Shown: positions 18,070 through 26,311 of the stretch, piece after piece
How positions within the stretch are numbered: the stretch's first letter is position 1
Layout: each line of letters starts with the position of its first letter
NCBI GenBank assembly: GCA_002788135.1
Contig: PFQT01000040.1
Coordinates: 1 to 46,221 of the forward strand
DNA: 46,221 nucleotides
Direction of reading: 5' to 3'
DNA from: Candidatus Yonathbacteria bacterium CG_4_8_14_3_um_filter_46_25
GTDB taxonomy: Bacteria > Patescibacteriota > Minisyncoccia > Phycocordibacterales > UBA1539
Program-made: the position numbers and the translations under genes
Notes under the pieces: generated by a model
Seen by the model: the letters and a program-made list of their open reading frames with translations, nothing else
The model's database searches: none
What the model was told of the DNA's origin: nothing

Positions 18070-18224
18070 CTTGCCCACAGGGCGTTTTTACCGAATTTCG
18101 TTGATTCGTATAACGCCCGATACACAACCATCTCCTCGAGAGTTTCGCTGTGCCGCGCGATGCCGATCGCTTCGTACAACTTCCCTTTGTAGTGTTTATA
18201 TTTTCCAAGACGGATGTTCTCCGT
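18070..18224 (-). pseudogene. DUF1653 family gene remnant
   Basis: GKYKHYKGKLY..IGIARHSETLEEMVVYRALY..ALW; the expected WVRP..MF tail is missing and the likely start is ACG (18224). Confidence 0.7.
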
Positions 18225-18252
18225 GGTTTTTAAACAAGAAATTATGTTAACT

Positions 18253-19170
18253 CTATTCAATCCATTTTTTATGCTTGAAGAAGGAAAGCATGGCAAATGT
18301 CGCGGCTACCATTACGCCAATAATAATCCAAAAATCAAAACTGCCGCCGACGAGCGGAGTATGTTCGGTCTTCATGCCAAAGATTGCGGCCAGAAGCGAG
18401 AGCGGAAACGTGACGAACGCAAGAATTGTAAGATTCTTCATAATTTCATTTGTCTTGGTGGTGAGAAGCGAGTCGTTGGTGTCGCGCAATTCCGCAAGAG
18501 TCTCTTTGTGGCCATCAAGCATATTGTTGATCTTGTAATATTCTCCCGTGATCGCGCGTAGATAATATGAGAATTCGCTCCCGAAGAATTTTTCTCCCGC
18601 AAGTTCAAATGACTCAAGTACTTCTTTGTGGTGGCGAATTGCCTGCTTGAAGTTCAAAAGATTGCGAGCGGCACCAGAGATGACTTTGACCATTTTTATT
18701 TCGTTGCCGTTGAATATCTGACGTTCGATATCATCAAGCATGTTACTCACCGTATCAAGCTCTTCAATAAGATTTTTGTATAATTCGCGCATTAAATAGA
18801 AAAATAAATATCCCGCGTGCTCCGAGATATTGCTTTTGTCGAGGATTGAATTCACCTCGAAAACTTTTGAAAAATCATGGAGCGGATCAACAAGGTCATA
18901 ATGCGTTGTAATGATAAAATTTTTACCTATGACAAAGTCAACTTCTTGCTCGCTCTTGCCATTGTGTTTATGAATGACCGTAGGAAAATGAAGGATTAGG
19001 TAGATGCAGTTTTCATAGATGTCGACCTTCGGGCGCAATGTCGGAGAGAGAAGTTCGTCGGCGACGATAGGATGAACATGGTATTCTTCCATGATGCCGC
19101 GCACCTCTTCTTTGTCGGGGGATTCGATATCGACCCATGTCAGATTCTTGTGAGTATATCTTGAAATCAT
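18253..19170 (-). CDS. corA: CorA-family Mg2+/Co2+ transporter
   Basis: LTWVDI, HP..DELL..TLRPK, NEIMKNLT, IFGMK (GMN variant), two C-terminal TMs. Confidence 0.9.
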   Translation of the reverse strand: MISRYTHKNLTWVDIESPDKEEVRGIMEEYHVHPIVADELLSPTLRPKVDIYENCIYLILHFPTVIHKHNGKSEQEVDFVIGKNFIITTHYDLVDPLHDFSKVFEVNSILDKSNISEHAGYLFFYLMRELYKNLIEELDTVSNMLDDIERQIFNGNEIKMVKVISGAARNLLNFKQAIRHHKEVLESFELAGEKFFGSEFSYYLRAITGEYYKINNMLDGHKETLAELRDTNDSLLTTKTNEIMKNLTILAFVTFPLSLLAAIFGMKTEHTPLVGGSFDFWIIIGVMVAATFAMLSFFKHKKWIE

Positions 19171-19230
19171 GTTTTGATTATATCCGCGGGTCTGTTTGAC
19201 CACAAGTGGATAGTTTGAGATAATGACCCA

Positions 19231-20445
19231 ATGCGACTTCAATATAAAAATACAGTGTTTGTCATCGCGGCGTTCGTGATAGTAAGCGCCTCTTTTTTCG
19301 TCGGCTTCTATTCAGGGATTGCGTACAACATGACGGACGAACGGTCGCTCCCGATCAATACCACGGACGGCATGCCCGAATCAGTCGATTTTTCAATGTT
19401 CTGGAAAGTGTGGCATATGGTGGAAGACAATTATGTTTCCATCGATACGGTGGACGAGCAACAAATGGTGTGGGGGGCGATCTCAGGGCTTGTCAGCTCG
19501 CTCGGAGATCCGTATTCAGTTTTCTTCCCGCCAAAAGAGAACAAATATTTCGAGAGTGAGATACGCGGTAATTTCGAAGGGGTTGGCATGGAGATTGGAA
19601 TTCGCGACGACGTGCTCACGATTATTGCGCCGCTCAAAGGAACGCCCGCCGGTCGTGCTGGTCTGCTTGCCAGTGACAAGATTATAAAGATCGATGAAAC
19701 GTCCTCTGCCGGACTTTCAGTTGATGAAGCGGTCGACCTGATACGCGGAGAAAAAGGAAGCACGGTCACCTTTGTCATATTCAGAGAAGGAAAGAGCGAG
19801 CCGTTTACCGTATCTTTGGTGCGAGATGTTATTGATATTCCAACGATAGAGACCAAGAAACGCGACGACGGTATTTTTGTGATCACGCTCTACAGTTTTT
19901 CAGCACAGTCACCGGATTTGTTTCGGAATGCCCTGCGAGAATTTGTTGAGTCCGGCGACGACAAGCTTGTTCTTGACCTGCGTAATAATCCTGGTGGTTA
20001 CCTGGATGCCGCGGTTGACATGGCAAGTTGGTTCCTACCGATCGGGGATGTGGTCGTCCAAGAGTCGTTTCGAAACTCATCGCACGATCTTGTGCACCGA
20101 AGCAGGGGATATGACATCTTTAACGATAGTCTAAAATTTGTCATTTTAATAAATGAAGGGTCGGCTTCCGCATCAGAGATTATGGCGGGAGCATTGTCGG
20201 AACACGGGAAGGCGATTCTCGTCGGCGAACGGAGTTTTGGCAAAGGCTCGGTGCAGGAACTCTTGCCGGTAACCGATACCACGTCGCTAAAGGTGACCGT
20301 GGCAAAATGGCTGACACCGAACGGAGTTTCAATCTCAGAAAATGGGCTTACTCCGGAGATAGATGTCTCCTTTACACAAGATGATTTTGAAGCAGGAAGA
20401 GATCCGCAAATGGACAAGGCGATCGAGACGCTCAAGGGGATGTAG
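19231..20445 (+). CDS. ctpA: Carboxy-terminal processing protease (S41A) with PDZ domain
   Basis: LGDPYS, GVGMEI, DLRNNPGG, SASASEI, SFGKGSVQ. Confidence 0.93.
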   Translation: MRLQYKNTVFVIAAFVIVSASFFVGFYSGIAYNMTDERSLPINTTDGMPESVDFSMFWKVWHMVEDNYVSIDTVDEQQMVWGAISGLVSSLGDPYSVFFPPKENKYFESEIRGNFEGVGMEIGIRDDVLTIIAPLKGTPAGRAGLLASDKIIKIDETSSAGLSVDEAVDLIRGEKGSTVTFVIFREGKSEPFTVSLVRDVIDIPTIETKKRDDGIFVITLYSFSAQSPDLFRNALREFVESGDDKLVLDLRNNPGGYLDAAVDMASWFLPIGDVVVQESFRNSSHDLVHRSRGYDIFNDSLKFVILINEGSASASEIMAGALSEHGKAILVGERSFGKGSVQELLPVTDTTSLKVTVAKWLTPNGVSISENGLTPEIDVSFTQDDFEAGRDPQMDKAIETLKGM

Positions 20446-20511
20446 TTTTTTACTCTAATCCACTCATAAATGACCAGCCGTTACTAAATGCCGGTCTAAA
20501 CAGCCACGCCA

Positions 20512-20539
20512 TTGACCTGTTTAGCAATAAGTGTATTAT
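20512..20539 (+). promoter_or_regulatory. Promoter of hairpin RNA A
   Basis: TTGACC-16-TATTAT; inverted repeat CTAAACAG/CTGTTTAG (20496-20503/20517-20524) brackets the -35. Confidence 0.6.
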
Positions 20540-20545
20540 CAAATG

Positions 20546-20678
20546 TAGGATTGTTCGTGGCCAGTTTCTTGCGCGGCGAAAGTCACTTTCCCACCTCCTG
20601 GAAGCGACTGGCCCGGGAGATTGCGCCACGAACAATCCTATTATTAGGTCTACGCTCCGGTGTAGACCTTTTCTTTTT
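20546..20678 (+). ncRNA. Candidate sRNA A: long hairpin with anti-SD loop CCACCUCCU, plus terminator
   Basis: 16-bp perfect stem 20546-20561/20625-20640; inner stems; loop 20591-20599; terminator 20646-20678. Confidence 0.72.
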
Positions 20679-20750
20679 ATATTTATAGGCGACAAAGCAA
20701 TATGCTCGCAAAATCCTCGGCGTGCGGGTTGAATGAAATCCAAGTAGGGC

Positions 20751-20783
20751 TACTTTATTGGACACCGAGTGTCCAATAAAGTA
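20751..20783. repeat. REP-like palindrome, copy 2
   Basis: TACTTTATTGGACAC-CGA-GTGTCCAATAAAGTA, perfect 15-bp arms. Confidence 0.9.
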
Positions 20784-20793
20784 TAAAATGAAT

Positions 20794-20860
20794 TTTGTAC
20801 AGTTACCCTTATGGGGTGACATTCTGATAAGATTGGGGTGACAAAGGGTAACTGTACAAA
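20794..20860. repeat. 67-bp element with 17-bp terminal inverted repeats (MITE-like or operator-like)
   Basis: TTTGTACAGTTACCCTT/AAGGGTAACTGTACAAA; internal direct repeat TGGGGTGACA x2; matches 72-120. Confidence 0.8.
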
Positions 20861-20863
20861 TTA

Positions 20864-20892
20864 TTGACACAAGTTATCGATTGCTGTACTAT
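20864..20892 (+). promoter_or_regulatory. Promoter of hairpin RNA B
   Basis: TTGACA-17-TACTAT. Confidence 0.7.
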
Positions 20893-20900
20893 TGGCGGTA

Positions 20901-21012
20901 GGTGAGAGTTGTGTCCGGGTGGTCATCTATGCTCTCCCTCCTCCCGGCTAGGTGATTTTCCCGACACAACTCTCACCATCACGCCCCGCAGGTTTACTCG
21001 GGGCGTTTTTTT
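20901..21012 (+). ncRNA. Candidate sRNA B: long hairpin with anti-SD-like loop CUCCCUCCUCCC, plus terminator
   Basis: 15-bp perfect stem 20901-20915/20963-20977; inner stem 20921-20929/20949-20957; loop 20934-20945; terminator ACGCCCCG/CGGGGCGT plus T-run. Confidence 0.72.
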
Positions 21013-21060
21013 GCAAATTTGTGGAAACTGTGTATACTCATAATCACATAACATAAAAAA

Positions 21061-21513
21061 ATGAAAATAGTTTTATTGTGCGATGTCCCCAAAGTGGGAA
21101 AGAAATATGATGTGAAAGAAGTCACGCGCGGCTACGCGAGGAATTTTTTGCTCCCTCGAAAACTGGCTCAAATCGCAACCGAGAGGATTATAAGACAGAC
21201 CACCACGGAGCAAGAGAATGCGGAAGCGCGCCGCAAAATTCGCGAAGACCTTCTTCTTAAAAACATCAAAGGATTTGAAAGCATTGTAATTACCGTTCAG
21301 GAAAAAGCCAATAAGCAAGGGCATCTATTCGCGGGGATACACAAAGAAGAAATCATCTCGCTTATAAAAGAACAGACACATCTTGATATCGATGCGGAGC
21401 ATATTTTCTTGGAAAAACCGATCAAGGAGCTCGGAGAACATCTGGTGAATGTCGGAGTAGGCGATAAGCGTGCAACATTCAAGATCATCGTTGAAGAGAA
21501 AAAAGAAGATTGA
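21061..21513 (+). CDS. rplI: 50S ribosomal protein L9
   Basis: MKIVLL.DV..VGKK.DVKEV..GYARNFLLP; G.LF..I; PIKELG. Confidence 0.96.
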   Translation: MKIVLLCDVPKVGKKYDVKEVTRGYARNFLLPRKLAQIATERIIRQTTTEQENAEARRKIREDLLLKNIKGFESIVITVQEKANKQGHLFAGIHKEEIISLIKEQTHLDIDAEHIFLEKPIKELGEHLVNVGVGDKRATFKIIVEEKKED

Positions 21514-21534
21514 CCTTGTCGGGAGTCAGATATC

Positions 21535-21591
21535 ATGGCATAGCAAAAACTCGTCCTGCGCTGTGTGTAGGACGAGTTTTTGCTGTGCCAT
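21535..21591. terminator. Bidirectional terminator between rplI and rpmA
   Basis: GCAAAAACTCGTCCT/AGGACGAGTTTTTGC long stem. Confidence 0.85.
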
Positions 21592-21602
21592 TTATACGGA
21601 CT

Positions 21603-21875
21603 TTAGTCAATATTAACAACCTTCTTTTTCTTGGTCAAACTATTGAACCCGATCTTTCTCTTCGTGGAGAACCGCACTGTTCCTTCTTTGAGTGCGTAAA
21701 GAGTGTGATCATTGCCGATTCCTACATTCGTACCCGGCAGTATTTTGGTTCCTCGTTGTCTAACGATCACCGATCCGGGTTTTGCCTTCTCGCCGGCGTA
21801 CAATTTAGTCCCCAAGTATTTTGGGTTTGAATCACGCAGGTTTTTTGCCGTTCCTCCAGCTTTTCTATGTGCCAT
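21603..21875 (-). CDS. rpmA: 50S ribosomal protein L27
   Basis: [33 protein letters not shown]. Confidence 0.98.
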   Translation of the reverse strand: MAHRKAGGTAKNLRDSNPKYLGTKLYAGEKAKPGSVIVRQRGTKILPGTNVGIGNDHTLYALKEGTVRFSTKRKIGFNSLTKKKKVVNID

Positions 21876-21906
21876 AATTCTAAAAAATCGCTATAATAAT
21901 GTAATT

Positions 21907-22302
21907 ATGAGTATATCGGATTTCGGACAAAAAATCAAGCACTTCTTGGAGCACAATGAAACGCTTTTTATCGCGACCATCATTATCCTTGTAGCTTTTG
22001 CTAGCTTTGGTTTGGGACGGCTTTCCAAGATTGAAAGACAGAAGGAGCCAGTGAGGATAGAGAACCCCAAAGCGATCATGCAAGCGGCGGCGATCGTTCC
22101 CGATATCGGGAACCCGGCAACCGACCATCCCGCTGGGACTTCCGAAGAGATATTCGTCGCGTCAAAGAACGGCACCAAATATCATTTCCCGTGGTGCTCC
22201 GGCGCGCAGGCAATTAAAGACTCAAACAAGATTGTCTTCAAGAGTCGAGAAGAAGCGCAACGAGCAGGGTATACGCCGGCGGCAAATTGCAAAGGGCTTT
22301 GA
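21907..22302 (+). CDS. Membrane-anchored protein with Ada-type metal-binding domain
   Basis: TM helix, then VASKNGTKYHFPWC...I...N...F.S.EEA..AGY.PA.NC. Confidence 0.82.
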   Translation: MSISDFGQKIKHFLEHNETLFIATIIILVAFASFGLGRLSKIERQKEPVRIENPKAIMQAAAIVPDIGNPATDHPAGTSEEIFVASKNGTKYHFPWCSGAQAIKDSNKIVFKSREEAQRAGYTPAANCKGL

Positions 22303-22347
22303 TCTCATTAGGATGGTTCCCTACTGTGTATGCTATAATTAAAGATC

Positions 22348-22881
22348 ATGATGAAAGACAAGCAGAAACTTTTTATGGTTGCCGGCGTTGTTGGGTTGAT
22401 AATATTGCTTGGGTTCGTTTTTCTATTTAAGGGATTAACAGGATCGTCAGGCGGCGATACCAGCGGGATTCTCTCCACCGATACCATCCCGTCGACAGAG
22501 GTCGCTCGCGGATATTATGGCGGATTCACGACGGATCAAAATTTTGTTGTTACCGATAGTGATACGTGGAGAAAATTATGGACGCACATATACAGCGCCA
22601 CAAAACCGAAACCGTCGCTTCCGAACATAGATTTTAAGAAGAACACCGTGATTGCCGCTTTTGGCGGGATGCAAAACAGAGATAAATATTCTCTTACCAT
22701 AGATAGCGTGGTCGAAACAGAGCTTTCTCTTATTGCTTATATTATTGAGCGCCACCCCGATCAAAGATGCAATGTCGGGAACAATACCCTTTTTGGAAGC
22801 CCGTTTTACATTATGAAGATTTCACACAGTGAAAAACCGGTCACATTCAAGAGGGAAATAAAAACTCAAGAATGCCTTTGA
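22348..22881 (+). CDS. PrcB C-terminal-like domain membrane protein
   Basis: N-terminal TM; W.KLW...LPNIDFKKNTVIAAFGG....YSLTI...SPFYIMKI. Confidence 0.72.
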   Translation: MMKDKQKLFMVAGVVGLIILLGFVFLFKGLTGSSGGDTSGILSTDTIPSTEVARGYYGGFTTDQNFVVTDSDTWRKLWTHIYSATKPKPSLPNIDFKKNTVIAAFGGMQNRDKYSLTIDSVVETELSLIAYIIERHPDQRCNVGNNTLFGSPFYIMKISHSEKPVTFKREIKTQECL

Positions 22882-22884
22882 CGT

Positions 22885-23481
22885 ATGATTATTATTGATG
22901 TTGAAACATCGGGACTTGATCCGAAAAAATATTCCATACTGAGCATCGGGGCCGTTGACTTTGACGTGCCTGACCGAAGCCCATTCTACCGGGAATGCCA
23001 AGTGTGGGACGGGGCTTTGGTTTCAAAAGAAGCGCTCGCGGTTAATGGCTTCACTGAAGCGGAGTGCTTTGATCCTTCACGAGGATTGTTCGAAGACTCA
23101 ATCCGTGCTTTTTGGCACTGGGTCGAACAGAGTAATGAACTGACAATCGCGGGACAAAATACGTCTTTTGATCGCGATTTCATCAACGATTCATTCAGAC
23201 GTGCCGGCATTGATTTTCAATTTGCGTTTAGAACGATCGATCTTCATTCTGTGTGCTATGCTTATCACCTTAAGAACGAAATTCCCATACCGCTGAAAAA
23301 TGGACACTCGGCGCTCTCTCTCGACAAGATACTTGAGTTTGTCGGTATGGAAACGGAATCACGCCCGCACCACGCACTTAATGGCGCGAAGCTTGAGACC
23401 GAAGCGTTCTCGCGGCTCTTGCGGGGGAGGGGATTTTTCGACGAATACCAGCAATACGAGATTCCCGAATATTTAAAATAA
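22885..23481 (+). CDS. DEDDh 3'-5' exonuclease
   Basis: IIDVETSGLDP, AGQNTSFDRDF, HHALNGA. Confidence 0.9.
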   Translation: MIIIDVETSGLDPKKYSILSIGAVDFDVPDRSPFYRECQVWDGALVSKEALAVNGFTEAECFDPSRGLFEDSIRAFWHWVEQSNELTIAGQNTSFDRDFINDSFRRAGIDFQFAFRTIDLHSVCYAYHLKNEIPIPLKNGHSALSLDKILEFVGMETESRPHHALNGAKLETEAFSRLLRGRGFFDEYQQYEIPEYLK

Positions 23482-23515
23482 GTTTGTGGCATATAGAGCA
23501 CCTCTATGGCATACT

Positions 23516-24724
23516 CTATTCCGGCTCTTTCCCCGGCTGACTATCGGCGGATGAATTTTTCTTGTTCGTGTGTTTGAGTACGAAAAACTTCTTGGTCGTT
23601 TTGATAGCCGCGAGTTTTTCGCGGATATTATCCGGCAATGAGGGAAGAATCCGCTCAAGCTTCTTTTCATCCGGAGACAATACTTTATCGAGCATCTCTG
23701 CTTGTTCTAAAATGTCTTTTGCTTTTTCCATATCATAGCTTGAGCGTTCCTGAACATTTTTTGTTATATAGCCGTGCGAGCTAAAAACTCGCAAAAGCTT
23801 CCGGTCTTCCATATAGGAGAGAATCTTTTCGCGAAGCCCGGCAAGACGTTTCTTGTTCTGGTCTTCGGCATCTTTGATCTCAAAAAACTCCGCTATCGCG
23901 GCACCCGCCTCGGTGTCGTCAACAGTCATTATTTCGCTTGGATATTCGTGCGACCACATCGGGCAAATCTTTCTAAACCCGCAATAGCCGCACAAAGGAC
24001 CGGGGGTTGGCAAAAAATCGTTTTGTTGGGTCTTTTTTTCTATCTCGCGAATGGCGCCAATGACACGAACGCGGACATCGCCAATTACAGGCGCAGTAAA
24101 CGTGTTGCTCACCTTATTATTGTGTTTGAGGAAGTAGAGAGTTGTCTTGATATTTTCGCTTTTCGTCTGTGGCCAACGAGATGAAAGCGCGAGATGGTAT
24201 ATACCAAGCTGGAGATCCGATTCAAGTTCTTTTTGCGGCGGCATTCGCTTGCCGGTCTTGTAGTCAATGATCTCATAGAGATCGGAATCGGGGTCTTTAT
24301 CGATCCGATCGATGATGCCGCTTATGGTGTGAGTCGCACCGTTCAGATCATCAACAAGGTCAAATGAAAATCGTCCTTCAAGCTCGATGACGTTGAATGT
24401 CCATGGCTGATTCTTTTTGTAGAAATTCTTTAATATTTTAACCCCTTCCTCGAAATACATTTTTTCTTCCGCGTCTTTTTTCTCCGGGTTGCGCCACTCG
24501 ACCTTTTCCGACTTTTCGCCCCATTTATTCGTATAAAAATCAATGACCTCGTCGAGCGTGGGGTAAAGCGGATTACGTTCAAACATGAATTTCAGCGCGG
24601 AATGAATAATCGTGCCAAACACCGACTCGATCCGCTTCGGTTCTTTCAGTTTATCGATCTGACTGTATTTATACTTGAGCGGGCAGGTTTTATAGGTATT
24701 AAGAGCGGAATATGACGTTTTCAT
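23516..24724 (-). CDS. RecB-family PD-(D/E)XK exonuclease
   Basis: SYSALNTYKTCP, GTIIHSAL, GIIDRID, IIDYKTG, QLGIY, C..C....IC. Confidence 0.9.
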   Translation of the reverse strand: MKTSYSALNTYKTCPLKYKYSQIDKLKEPKRIESVFGTIIHSALKFMFERNPLYPTLDEVIDFYTNKWGEKSEKVEWRNPEKKDAEEKMYFEEGVKILKNFYKKNQPWTFNVIELEGRFSFDLVDDLNGATHTISGIIDRIDKDPDSDLYEIIDYKTGKRMPPQKELESDLQLGIYHLALSSRWPQTKSENIKTTLYFLKHNNKVSNTFTAPVIGDVRVRVIGAIREIEKKTQQNDFLPTPGPLCGYCGFRKICPMWSHEYPSEIMTVDDTEAGAAIAEFFEIKDAEDQNKKRLAGLREKILSYMEDRKLLRVFSSHGYITKNVQERSSYDMEKAKDILEQAEMLDKVLSPDEKKLERILPSLPDNIREKLAAIKTTKKFFVLKHTNKKNSSADSQPGKEPE

Positions 24725-24771
24725 TGAGTCATTGTAGCATACTCTCTAAAACGAAAACATCGCGCGGACAG

Positions 24772-25395
24772 CTACTGCAGGATGTTCTCCAGCACCGGGT
24801 AGATACGTTCTGCGATCTTGGCGTATCCTTTTTCGTTGGGATGGATTTCATCTGACATATATTCCGGGTGAGCGAAGAGTCCGTCGAGTATGTCCGGCAC
24901 ATAAGCAGTATGATATTTTTTGCTTAACGCTTCATAGCGATCGGCAAACCGATCCGCGAACAACCCTCCGCGCACGCCAAGCAAAAGCACGATCGCGCCA
25001 CGCGACTGAATGTTCTCAATCAACCGTGCAAGATTGTCGAACGTTTCATCAATTGGCACTTTTTTCAAATGGTCGTTGCCGCCGAGGAGCACAAGCACCA
25101 CTTTTAGTTGATACTTGTCGAGTTCATTTACGCGCGCCAATCCGTCCGCGGTCGTGTCACCCGCGACACCGAGGTTTGCGATGGAACGACCTGTTTTCTC
25201 GGAAAGAAGGTCGACGAAATTGTGTCCTTCGGACGCACCGACACCTCGCACGAGACTGTCGCCGAACGCGATGATGTTAGCTCCCGATGAAGGATAGTTG
25301 GTAATGGAGGTATCCGGTCGCAACCAAAAATATCCCGCGATGAGCGCAATTACGAAAACCGCTACTACCACAAATATGTATTTTTTCAACATCAT
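24772..25395 (-). CDS. GDSL/SGNH arylesterase (TesA-like)
   Basis: FGDSL, GVAGDTT, LGGND, DEIHPN. Confidence 0.92.
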   Translation of the reverse strand: MMLKKYIFVVVAVFVIALIAGYFWLRPDTSITNYPSSGANIIAFGDSLVRGVGASEGHNFVDLLSEKTGRSIANLGVAGDTTADGLARVNELDKYQLKVVLVLLGGNDHLKKVPIDETFDNLARLIENIQSRGAIVLLLGVRGGLFADRFADRYEALSKKYHTAYVPDILDGLFAHPEYMSDEIHPNEKGYAKIAERIYPVLENILQ

Positions 25396-25480
25396 TCTTT
25401 CGGTCACTATACCATGAAATAAAGCGAGGAGCTGAACTATTTTCAGTTGTGGCGACACTCAATTGCTCTGTGGTATCATA

Positions 25481-26311
25481 ATGCTCGTGGAAACGGATAA
25501 AACACCCGCATACAACATACATACGTTCAGGAGGACAATTTGGGCTTTCTACAGGACTCAAAAAAGGGCATTTCCATGGCGTGAGACAGCAGACCCATAT
25601 GAGATACTCGTTTCGGAAATTATGCTTCAACAGACGCAAACCAGCCGCGTAGAACAGAAATACGAGCCTTTTTTGAAGCGATTTCCGAATGTTGAGACAC
25701 TCGCCGGAGCGAGCATGGCAGAAGTGCTTGCGATGTGGCAAGGGCTTGGGTACAATCGGCGCGCGCAGGCGCTCTGGAAAATGGCCAAAATCATACGCGA
25801 CGAGTTCTGTGGTGTTGTTCCGAACGATCAGGAGGCGCTTGTTGCGCTTCCCGGAATAGGGGAGGCGACCGCGTCCGCCATGCGAGTGTTCGCGTGGAAT
25901 GAACCGGCCGTCTTTATCGAGACGAACATTCGACGCGTGTTCATCCATTTTTTCTTTGCTCATGCGACGACGGTTGCTGACGCGGACATTATGCCGCTTG
26001 TAGCAAGAGCGCTCCCTCGCAAACGAGCGCGGGAATGGTACTCTGCGCTCATGGATTTCGGCGCTCACTTGCCGAAGATCATAAAAAATCCGAATCACAA
26101 AAGCAAAGGATACGCCAAGCAATCACGGTTTAAAGGGTCGAGTCGACAAACACGCGGACTGATCATCAAATTTCTTCTTACTAATGGTCCAAGCACAACA
26201 GAGCGTATCGGGAAAGAGACCAAAGATGATCGACTGGAAAAAATCCTTGCCAATCTCACTGAAGAAGGTTTGCTCGTAAAAAATAAAAAAAGATATGCCG
26301 TCATCTCGTAA
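25481..26311 (+). CDS. mutY: A/G-specific adenine glycosylase (short form lacking the Fe-S Cys motif)
   Basis: FPWRET.DPY.ILVSEIMLQQTQ, WQGLGYNRRA, LPGIG..TA, ETNIRRV. Confidence 0.9.
   Translation: MLVETDKTPAYNIHTFRRTIWAFYRTQKRAFPWRETADPYEILVSEIMLQQTQTSRVEQKYEPFLKRFPNVETLAGASMAEVLAMWQGLGYNRRAQALWKMAKIIRDEFCGVVPNDQEALVALPGIGEATASAMRVFAWNEPAVFIETNIRRVFIHFFFAHATTVADADIMPLVARALPRKRAREWYSALMDFGAHLPKIIKNPNHKSKGYAKQSRFKGSSRQTRGLIIKFLLTNGPSTTERIGKETKDDRLEKILANLTEEGLLVKNKKRYAVIS

Noticed and set aside
18242..18252. TTATGTTAACT as the chromosomal dif site
   Set aside because: It resembles a XerD arm, but the partner arm is absent, and it doubles as a -10 box on the minus strand
20546..21012. SRP RNA, 6S RNA, tRNA or type I toxin-antitoxin identity for the hairpin RNAs
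   Set aside because: No SRP domain IV motif or cloverleaf, too short for a typical 6S, and the antisense mini-ORFs are hydrophilic with no evident promoter; an Rfam search is still needed
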